This document shows positions 1 to 9,177 of a DNA stretch of 64,000 bases, one piece after another. The stretch is from positions 17,732,001 through 17,796,000 of the forward strand of contig CM106585.1 of NCBI GenBank assembly GCA_048013815.1, read 5' to 3'. The notes beneath the pieces are model-generated. The model searched no databases. It saw nothing but the letters and a program-made list of their open reading frames with translations, and was not told where the DNA came from. Origin of the DNA: Setoptus koraiensis. Its lineage: Eukaryota > Animalia > Arthropoda. The position numbers and the translations under genes were made by a program. Each line of letters opens with the position of its first letter. Positions within the stretch are counted from its first letter, which is position 1.

Positions 1-956
1 CCGAAGAGCGCCACACTTTTTTCGGGGTATTTTGGGTATTTTTGGGTAGGGTATTGTACCCTGATACCGCGATGCGTATTCCGGAAGTGCGGAAATTCTT
101 CGTTCCCGAGATAACCGAGGTACCGCTCAGTGGGCGTTTCACGGTACCCGACAGCCGCTTGGAGATTTGCGGGTAGTTTTTCGGGGAAATTTTTGGTACC
201 TCATCAAGGTCGCATCCAATACAGCAAGGAATGGCAGAAATAGGCCTCAGCTTCGCTCAGCTTGTGATGGGTCTGAGAACTCGGCCTGCGGCCTCGTAAT
301 CTGGAGGCCGTCACATCTCCGTCGTCGCTCCCGCGACGACTCCGTGCGACGGGAACCCTTCGGGTAGGGTTGATGAGCGCTTCGGGTATCGGGCTGCGCC
401 CTCTACCCTCCGCTCACGTGACTGCAATCCATACCCTGTTAAAAGAGATGATCAGACTGCGAACTGTGAAGCCCAAGATTTCACAGCATCCCATCGAATG
501 CGCAGGCTTCAGATTTAACAGTTCATTAATCAGCGTAATTCCGACCGATTGCGCAAGTATTGCTTCTGTCAGGTCGTCTGATGACGGCATTCCACTGAAC
601 AAAGACCCGTTCGCTGAACTCGCTAAGATCATGCGCATAGAATAGCAAGCAAGAGGTGAAAACCAACAAAAACGGCCCTTATCAGGGCAACCCCACTTTT
701 AACAACTTTCTCTTGGTTTTTCCCAGAGATCTCGAGAACCGCGCGTCCAACATGGCTGAAATTGATGGCGTTGTGCTCAGCATGCTTGAATCTACCAGTG
801 TACCGAGTTTTGAGTCTGTATCTCAGAGTTTTATTAAAACCGGAACCGGAAGTTTCCGCACTTCCGGACCACTCAATTTGTACCAAGGGGGCCCTACGGA
901 CCCTATGTGTGAAGTTTCATCTCAATAGAAGTGTGGCGCTCTTCGGGACTACACCC
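1..956. mobile_element. MITE-like non-autonomous element, unit A (left TIR clipped by the window start)
   Basis: 1-18 CCGAAGAGCGCCACACTT is the exact reverse complement of 929-946, which continues GACTACACCC to 956. CCGGAAGTGCGGAAA occurs at 81-95 and inverted at ~854-868. Termini match unit B at 5443-6428. No transposase ORF and no clear TSD. Confidence 0.55.
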
Positions 957-1164
957 AAAGTTTTTAGTGGATAAGGTGATGAGCCATCCAATAGATCCGG
1001 CGAGGATCTATTCATGGTTGTTTATATATATGTTAAATTATATGTTAAAAGATATTTCTAATAGATATTTCTCTATATTTTGGCTGGATGGGTAAAATAT
1101 GGCATTCGACTTTCTTTTGTGGTGCTACTATCAGATAAACATCCGAGTCTGGCTCTACATCAAC

Positions 1165-2332
1165 AATTTAACTTTGAGACATGTTAGTCCTACAAGTTTG
1201 CACACGAGCATGAGCGAAAAACTGGCGCAAAATTTTGTGCAACATTACTATTTAGAACTGTATACACAACAAGGTTCAATTGAATCAGTTCAATAAAGTC
1301 AACAATGTCAATCATGAACATCAGTCTATGAGTATTGGCGGCAAATTAAGCTGGTCAATAGTCAAATTTTACCAATAGGTGCTTCTGATTAACTTGCCAT
1401 TGACAGATGACCGGCTTAATTGATCATTTGTATCACTTCAAGAGTGATAATTATGTTTGAATGTCATCCAGTGCTTGTATAATATGCTAAACTAACTTGT
1501 CAAGCATGCTATTGACACAGATCAATGCCTAGAGTGACACCAATCTATGCAAAAGAGAGCTAATTTAGCTTTGGGACATGATAGTCCATCAAGTTTGCAC
1601 ACGAGCATGAGCGAAAAACTGGCGCAAAATTTTGTGCAACATTACTATTCAGAACTGTATACACAACAAGGTCCAATTGAATCAGTTCAATAAAGTCAAC
1701 AATGTCAATCATGAACATCAGTCTATGAGTATTGGCGGCAAATTAAGCTGGTCAATAGTCAAATTTTACCAATAGGTGCTTCTGATTGACTTGCCATTGA
1801 CAGATGACCGGCTTAATTGATCATTTGTATCACTTCAAGAGTGATAATTATGTTTGAATGTCATCCAGTGCTTGTATAATATGCTAAACTAACTTGTCAA
1901 GCATGCTATTGACACAGATCAATGCATAGAGTGACACCAATCTATGCAAAAGAGAGCTAATTTAGCTTTGGGACATGATAGTCCATCAAGTTTGCACACG
2001 AGCATGAGCGAAAAACTGGCGCAAAATTTTGTGCAACATTACTATTTAGAACTGTATACACAACAAGGTTCAATTGAATCAGTTCAATAAAGTCAACAAT
2101 GTCAATCATGAACATCAGTCTATGAGTATTGGCGGCAAATTAAGCTGGTCAATTGTTAAATTTTACCAATAGGTGCTTCTGATTAACTTGCCATTGACAG
2201 ATGACCGGCTTAATTGATCATTTGTATCACTTCAAGAGTGATGATTATGTTTGAATGTCATCCAGTGCTTGTATAATATGCTAAACTAACTTGTCAAGCA
2301 TGCTATTGACACAGATCAATGCCTAGAGTGAC
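1165..2332. repeat. 397-bp tandem repeat, ~2.9 near-identical copies
   Basis: AGTTTGCACACGAGCATGAGCG starts at 1195, 1592 and 1989 (period 397). Copies differ by only a few substitutions. The array ends at GCCTAGAGTGAC (2332). Confidence 0.97.
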
Positions 2333-2762
2333 TTCATGAGAGGGCGTAACAAAGGAGCGGGAACAATCCACGAATTATCTTACCTCAATGGCGCTTTGCA
2401 ATGCATGGCGTCATGGACGGGACATGCATGTCCCAAATCATTAAACAAGCGAGATGAAAAAGTTCGATCATTCGCTTCATCGTCAGCACCACCATCATAT
2501 CATCCAGAATAAGTCTCTTTATTATCATTATCACTGAATATATACGCCAACAGATTACCTTTGACTCATATTCTTCGAAAGAAAAGTTTGAGCGCCCCCT
2601 ACCGTGGGGATCAGAAGTTATTCTAGAAAAAAGTTAGATAGTTTAAGTTGGGACACCCCGTATACCGGCATGAATCAGATATTATATATAAGCAGAATTA
2701 CTATCAATTATATTATTTACATTAATCAATATGCCTCGCCAAAAAAGAGCTAGAATGTTTCT

Positions 2763-2955
2763 GGACAGAACCGTCCCACTCAAACTACCTCAACTTCGTC
2801 TGTTGGGACAAGACTGTCCTCGTGAGAGTGGACGGAGCCGATAAATTATCACCGGAATGATCTGGGACAGCACTGTCCTTAGGACCGCCGTAAATACTTG
2901 AAGATGGGCGCGATTTTCAAATCACTAAGTAGAAGTTTTGTGGACAATACTGTCC
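2763..2955. promoter_or_regulatory. Four copies of the palindrome GGACA-nnAC-TGTCC (candidate dimeric protein-binding sites)
   Basis: Copies at 2763-2776 (one mismatch), 2806-2819, 2865-2878 and 2942-2955, with unrelated sequence between them. Function is inferred. Confidence 0.5.
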
Positions 2956-3344
2956 TTCCCGAGCAGTGGGGGGTAAACCCTTTTGTTTCACCAGAAACAT
3001 TGTCCCTTCCCCCAAAATCTAGAAAATAGAAAGAGATACAATTAAACGGTGTAATTGTAATTCACAGCCAATTTGGCACGTTGCTATTCTCATGCGCAAA
3101 CGGAAAAATGTCTAATACGCATACAACTGTTACCAAATCACATATATGTATCGATAACTGCCTTTGTACCCCACTCACTAAACAAATAAAGTAAAATAAA
3201 ATAAAATAGAAAAAATATAGAACAAGTTATACTGATTATACCAGTATAAGAGCGCTTAATTTTTCCAGTGAAGTTTTGGACAGTTTATTAAGAAGTGATA
3301 AGTGCTAGCTGTCACTAGAAAGTTTTTCAAGAATTTATCCTGGT

Positions 3345-3612
3345 GAGAACAGTTTCGAAAATTGAACATACTGTGGAAGAACATGTGCCACAAAATGGCC
3401 TATATCGCCAATACTAGAAACAGAACAGTTTCGAAAATTGCACATAATGTATGGGCACATGTGATCAAAAATCAGATGTATTGAATGAGCTAACATGATC
3501 CAGAATTGCCTATAGCGCCAATACTAGAAACAGAACAGTTTCGAAAATCGCACATAATGTATGGGCACATGTGCCACAATATGGCCTATAGCGCCAATAC
3601 TAGAAACAGAAA
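3345..3612. repeat. ~76-bp imperfect tandem repeat, ~3.5 copies
   Basis: GAACAGTTTCGAAAAT at ~3347, ~3424 and ~3534. CGCCAATACTAGAAACAG at ~3406, ~3516 and ~3591. Confidence 0.85.
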
Positions 3613-4192
3613 ATTGATAAGACTTGCACAGATCGTGTATAGCATCGATCCACCTCCTCACAATACATCAACCTCTGCATGAGCTCTGGACTTAAAATTC
3701 AATTCTCGTTATAGCTTCGGTCCACCTCCTAACTAGACATGAGCCCGAGACTCAAGATTCAATCCACCTCCCTAGTAAATGTGTATTTGGGAGGTGGACG
3801 AACTTTTGAATCTCAAGCTTGAGTGTACCTCCCACCTCCCACCTCCCAAGCACATTCCTGCCTACACACTCACTAAGCACTGATTATGCTAGTGCTAATG
3901 TATGCAAGCACACAGCGCGTGACTCTCAAGATCGAAAACTGTGAATATCCACAAATAAATCGGTACGTGGATATTCACTGGCATACAAAGTCGGAGTATT
4001 CACAAGCACACAGCGCGTGAATCACCATAGCACAATTGGTGAATATCCTATGAAATGCACGAATTAAGTATCCACCATCATACCGTGCGTGGATATTCAT
4101 GCGTGATTTATAGGATCCAACAACACTACATCATAAGCCCTTAATTAAAATTAAGCGCTAATAAAATAAAACTTCTCCATAAAAAAGTAATA

Positions 4193-4786
4193 ATGACTGA
4201 CGACGCAGCTCTTCCACCAGCAGATGAAAATTTCTTCGGAAGTCGCCGACTGGAGATCATGGATAGAAATACTGGAGACAGATGGCCAAGAGTACAGGTC
4301 ACCGGTAGGCCTGAAGATAGGAGAACTCCAAAGGAAACGATAGACTATTTAAGTCGAGGATTAGGATTGACGGTGCGAGAATTCGCAGATAAGGGGTTCG
4401 TAGGCAGGCGTCTTCAATTCATTTTCGAAGGCATAGGAGAGGGATGCAACGTGACAGGGATTGGGAGCACTGACGAAAAAGCGTCGGCAACCGCTCATAT
4501 GCTAGTCCTATTACTTTTCTTCCAACTTGACATCCATAAGACGCCTCTTCGAGTCATGGATGCTCCATATAAAAAGAAAGCATATTGGAAACTTGCTGAT
4601 AATTTCGGATTCGAGCGATTTAAACTGCTTCCCAATAATAGTCGAGAAATAATAGATATCGACATCTTGGCGAACACGATGAACAGTGATGGAGGTAGTG
4701 TTCCTACACCAGCACCGATCGACAAGTATTCAAAATGGGCCGCAAAAGTAATTAGTATGAGTGATTTACCGGATCTCCGATTCTGA
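4193..4786 (+). CDS. 197-aa orphan protein, possible degenerate dsRNA-binding-domain fold
   Basis: ATG-started single-exon ORF, richer in GC than its flanks. PKETIDYLSRGLG...LQFIFEG...VTGIGSTDEKASATAHMLVLLL resembles the alpha-beta-beta-beta-alpha dsRBD pattern (G-x-G-x-S/T...A...A...L), without the usual KKxAK lysines. Confidence 0.55.
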   Translation: MTDDAALPPADENFFGSRRLEIMDRNTGDRWPRVQVTGRPEDRRTPKETIDYLSRGLGLTVREFADKGFVGRRLQFIFEGIGEGCNVTGIGSTDEKASATAHMLVLLLFFQLDIHKTPLRVMDAPYKKKAYWKLADNFGFERFKLLPNNSREIIDIDILANTMNSDGGSVPTPAPIDKYSKWAAKVISMSDLPDLRF

Positions 4787-4945
4787 CGATATATCTGCTA
4801 TTATGAGGATTATAATCTCATTTCTGTTACCACTATATCAAAGATATATGAATAAAATAAAAACCAAACAGATCTCAGCCTTGACCGTTTCCCAACAGAG
4901 ACATGACTGTCCTAATTCATTCAGATCATCATCAGTAAATTCCTA

Positions 4946-5442
4946 TTGTCAAGCATGCTATTGACACAGATCAATCCTAGATTGACACCAATCTATGCAA
5001 AAGAGAGCTAATTTAGCTTTGGGACATGATAGTCCATCAAGTTTGCACACGAGCATGAGCGAAAAACTGGCGCAAAATTTTGTGCAACATTACTATTTAG
5101 AACTGTATACACAACAAGGTTCAATTGAATCAGTTCAATAAAGTCAACAATGTCAATCATGAACATCAGTCTATGAGTATTGGCGGCAAATTAAGCTGGT
5201 CAATAGTCAAATTTTACCAATAGGTGCTTCTGATTAACTTGCCATTGACAGATGACCGGCTTAATTGATCATTTGTATCACTTCAAGAGTGATAATTATG
5301 TTTGAATGTCATCCAGTGCTTGTATAATATGCTAAACTAACTTGTCAAGCATGCTATTGACACAGATCAATGCCTAGAGTGACACCAATCTATGCAAAAG
5401 AGAGCTAATTTAGCTTTGGGACATGATAGTCCTACAAGTTTG
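4946..5442. repeat. Second block of the 397-bp repeat, ~1.25 copies, same orientation as the first
   Basis: Matches the 1165-2332 unit from TTGTCAAGCATGC (4946) to CCTACAAGTTTG (5442), where it abuts unit B. Confidence 0.97.
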
Positions 5443-6428
5443 GGGTGTTCTCCGAAAAGACGACACACTCCGATTTCCTTCAAACTTCACATATGGGCTC
5501 CGAAGGGGCCCAAAGAACAAATAAAGTGGTCCGGAAGTGCGGAAATTTCTACTTCCGGAGTTATAGAAAAATGCATTTTTCGGGCCTCAGAGGGGCCTCA
5601 GACCTTAAATTTTTGTATGATTGTCTAGATCCACATGCTATCTATGTGATAGCGTTTAGATAAATCTTCTACATCAACTCGTTCGCGAGATATTCTACAA
5701 TATATGCAAGTCACACTTCCGGTTTTAAAACTGATGTTATTCGGCTGTACTACCAACTAGTCACGGTCTCTGAAGCAAATTCACACCCTATATAGAAGAA
5801 ATCCGATCACGGGCCCCGCCCATTCGACTCTCAGTCCACGGGAAGAATCTTTTTCAGTTAGGTGGCCGTCAGTCGTCCCGCCGGAGGCCGCAGGCCGTAG
5901 GCGTGGACGACTGGAGGCCGAACCCCTTCTCCGGCCCGGGCCCAAGATGCATGGCAGACGGAAGGGCTATTGTACTGCCTTGAACCCTGGCCCTGAACCT
6001 TTATTAGTAGGAGTCCTGGTCGAGGCTAGGACGTCAGGCTTCGCCTGGGGTGTTACATGGGGGGATATATACATTGGGGATATATCCTTAAATTGATTAT
6101 GCGCGGTTTCAATTCGTGCCGTGCGCATTGGTCACGCCTCTTCAGTTTGATCACTTTTATTTTCTTGCTTTAGCTTCTAGGTACAATCTACCACCGATGC
6201 GAAGACCTTAGTACCCTACCCGATGTCCGTGCGGGTGAGTACGGCCGACTGTACTGTCAATATGCCCTCAAATACCCTAAAATACCCAGTATGCGGTATC
6301 TCGGGTATCTCGGGTACGGGAAATTTCCGCACTTCCGGAATACCCATTCCGGTATCAAGGCACCATACCCTACCCATAAATACCCGAAATACTCAAATTG
6401 GGGTGTGTCGTCTTTTCGGAGAAGCCCC
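5443..6428. mobile_element. MITE-like non-autonomous element, unit B: diverged relative of unit A in opposite orientation
   Basis: TIR TTCTCCGAAAAGACGACACAC at ~5448-5468, reverse complement at ~6403-6423. 5443-5560 aligns with the reverse complement of A 850-956, and 6299-6420 with the reverse complement of A 1-120. Length ~986 bp versus ~960 bp for A. Confidence 0.55.
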
Positions 6429-7356
6429 AGAATATATTGTACCCAATCAGCGTCATGGGACTGTAGACAGTTCCTCCTGAGAAGCCATTATAGAAGCCAT
6501 AGAGAAATTGGGGCAATATAAATAGCATATTCTTGTAAAGAATATGCTATTCATATTGCCCTATTTATATAAAAAAAAATAATTGATTGTTCTAGCCGAT
6601 CGCACATAGAACAAGTGGCCATGGACAAACAATAGACGACGCAACAATCTAAATCTGCCAGGTCCATTGTTTGTTTCGCTCGTTCTTTGTTCGTAAGACG
6701 GAATACCCTCCATAATACCAATGAATAAGCATAAACTCAACTGCACGAAATCGCCACCAGTATTGCCCAATAAGAATGTTTATCAAAAATTGAATGAGAA
6801 AAGAAAATTGGAAACGGATGTCCCAGATAGAAATGAAACGATACTCTTGACAGTGTATTATTCCGAATAGAATCTCGTGATTGGTAATTTTGATGGAACG
6901 TTCACAAACAGTGCAGTTGCAAGAGAGAGAGAGACTTCTGATCAACCAATCGTCGGTCGTTTTGCATATCTGCAAAAATTAACTGACTGAATCGTTAATT
7001 GAGATTGAATTAACCACAAAAAAATGCTCCAATGATAATTATACTTTGCATTATAGACTTTTTATTCTAACCTAGCCATGCATACAAAACGTTAAGACAC
7101 AAATATAAAGTATGTTTGAAACGCGGGTGATTGTAACACCTACTCGACTTTGGAGTCGAATGAGTTTTGATAATCAATTTCGAGATATTCTATAGAGTTG
7201 CAGTCGTAAATGTTGTAAACAATAATTTGTCACAATTGACACACTATTGTACTACTGTATTCAACATACACACTACGATAACGATAGAGAGGCACAGTTT
7301 TAACAGCGTTTTGGCTCGTCTATTTCGACCTATTTTGACAGTGAGAAAATAATCAT

Positions 7357-7659
7357 TTATCGGCTTCTAACAGATTTCGGGGCGACGATGCTCTTGACAG
7401 ATTTCGGGTCGATGATGCTATTAACAGATATCGCGCCGACGATGCTATTAACAGATTTCGGGGCGACGATACTCTTGACAGACTTCTTGCCGGCAAGGCT
7501 TTTAAAAGATTTTGGGCCCAATCCTTTCGTTTCCTGCGTAGATTTTACACCGAGTGATGATGAAGTTTTCCTTGGACCAAGTCCAGTTTTAACAGCTTTT
7601 GTTTTTAGTGACTTTCGTGCACTCTTGGTCGTGTTACCTTGAAAGTCTTCTCCGTTCAT
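7357..7659 (-). CDS. 100-aa Lys/Ser-rich basic protein with 9-aa repeats (KSIVAPKSV); possible sperm nuclear basic protein
   Basis: ATG at 7659 (the track's start at 7665 is TTG). A 27-bp DNA repeat runs ~7371-7485. Strongly basic and low-complexity. Function is inferred from composition only. Confidence 0.6.
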   Translation of the reverse strand: MNGEDFQGNTTKSARKSLKTKAVKTGLGPRKTSSSLGVKSTQETKGLGPKSFKSLAGKKSVKSIVAPKSVNSIVGAISVNSIIDPKSVKSIVAPKSVRSR

Positions 7660-7825
7660 GCTCAAATAGTAAACTGTCCTATAGCATACTGCAGGGTGGG
7701 TGGAGCGTCTGGTCGCAACATCTTCGCAAACGTTGCTGCCTGAATAATTAAATCAATTATTTATTGTCGAATTGTATCAGTTGCCATGGCTGAAGCTGAT
7801 TATTCACTTATCTTTTGAGTTGGCG

Positions 7826-8670
7826 TCAAAGTCTGGCCTCACCGAAGGCGCTCGCCACCAACAAACAAAGACCTGTCAAGCTTAGAATAGTGACGATTAA
7901 AAATTGCACATGTTCCGCCGCAGCCGAATAATTATATTTGCAGCCCCTCTTGATCAAATCAATCAAGCATTTGAATAGATTCGAAGAATAGACAATGTAT
8001 TACTAAATGCTTCACTGGCGATACTACCAATCGAATGTCTCCATTCGAACTTACGGTTTGTCTATCTCAGTGAACTTACCACTTCCAATCTGTCGCAATA
8101 GTCGAATGGATCGGCTAGATGTGATAAATTCAATTTGATAATGTCAGATTTGAATGTTTGCGGTGATTCAAAGCCACAGCACTGATACCTCGTGTTCAGT
8201 TTATGCAATTGATCGGCATTCGTTTCGTCGAGGTGCTCATAATGATTTTTTAATTTATTCTCCACTGATTGAAAGCACAAAATAAACATTGAATAGAGGA
8301 GGCCTGAATAAGCGGCCGATATCATGATCAAATGAGTATGAGACTTTGCACAATTTGTCCATTCATGCACTATCTTGGAGCTTGTCTCTCCTTCTTGTTG
8401 GCTTTCAAGATACTCTGTTACCATTGTCGCAACGATGCTAACCAGAACAATTGTGCCAACAGTAAAAATTATGACACCTGAGGACCTAAAAACAGATACT
8501 ATGTTTGCCAATATAAATTTTTCCTCTGCTTCTATCAGGATCGTTGAACCAGTTATCAGTTCGAGTACGCACATAACTGTTATTGTCACCATAAATAAAA
8601 AGCCAACACTATCTGCGGCTGATTTTTTGTTGTACCTTGCAGCCGTTTTCTTTCTTTCCACAGGGGGCAT
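7826..8670 (-). CDS. Tetraspanin-like protein, 2 exons: join(8670..8080, 7948..7826), ~237 aa
   Basis: Three hydrophobic helices, then QCCGFESP. Donor GAAGTG|GTAAGT at 8079 and acceptor CAAG| at 7949 (131-nt phase-0 intron). Exon 2 reads RGCKYNY...FLIVTILSLTGLCLLVASAF, supplying the last loop Cys and TM4. Confidence 0.8.
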
Positions 8671-9177
8671 ATCACTTAAATTTGGTTGAAAATTTAGCAC
8701 TAATTCTGGCTGGATAAATTATCTGAACGAAATTCTGTTTCTTTCTATCGAGTTTTGCATTGATGTGCCGTTGTCGATATATTTGCCCTGGCTGGCTCGT
8801 GCTTCAATGTCGAACAGATCAACTTGCCAGCCCAACAGATTAACAATTAATGATTTACAGAGGGTCTGTAAGTGGACCCTCATTCTAGAAGAGAATTGAA
8901 AGTCTCCTGGAGAGTTCCGTATCTTTTTGATAATCCATCTCGAACAACAAAGAATAGAGGCGGACGTGACCAACCGATGGTTTCAGTGGGCCGAACATGT
9001 TTGCCGACCATTTCGGTGGCTGTGCTGGCTAAAAAGGTTAGTTACAGAGGAGCCGAAAAATTTTCAATTGATAAATTTATTGGCTAAATTTGAATAAAAG
9101 ACTAAGGAAGGTTGGTTTCACATGATTTCGGGATGGTTTCGCATGGCACAAGCATTTGGAATTGCACACTGCACATT

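Noticed and set aside
81-95. CCGGAAGTG as an ETS-factor promoter site
   Set aside because: It occurs as part of the repeated subterminal blocks of A and B (four copies), so it is better explained as an element terminus motif.
167-974. Short ORFs in unit A as a possible transposase remnant
   Set aside because: All are under 100 aa, overlap in several frames, and show no DDE, HUH or integrase motif.
1165-5442. Regular repeats as a CRISPR array or rDNA spacer
   Set aside because: Units are 397 bp of contiguous near-identical sequence with no unique spacers, no cas genes and no rRNA sequence nearby.
6561-6975. Two minus-strand ORFs (69 and 108 aa) as a membrane-protein gene
   Set aside because: Neither starts with ATG, they overlap in different frames, there is no recognisable motif, and I could not build a convincing splice model.
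8719-9087. 71-aa and 84-aa overlapping ORFs between the tetraspanin and MDH genes
   Set aside because: Short, on opposite strands and without motifs. Probably UTR or promoter sequence.
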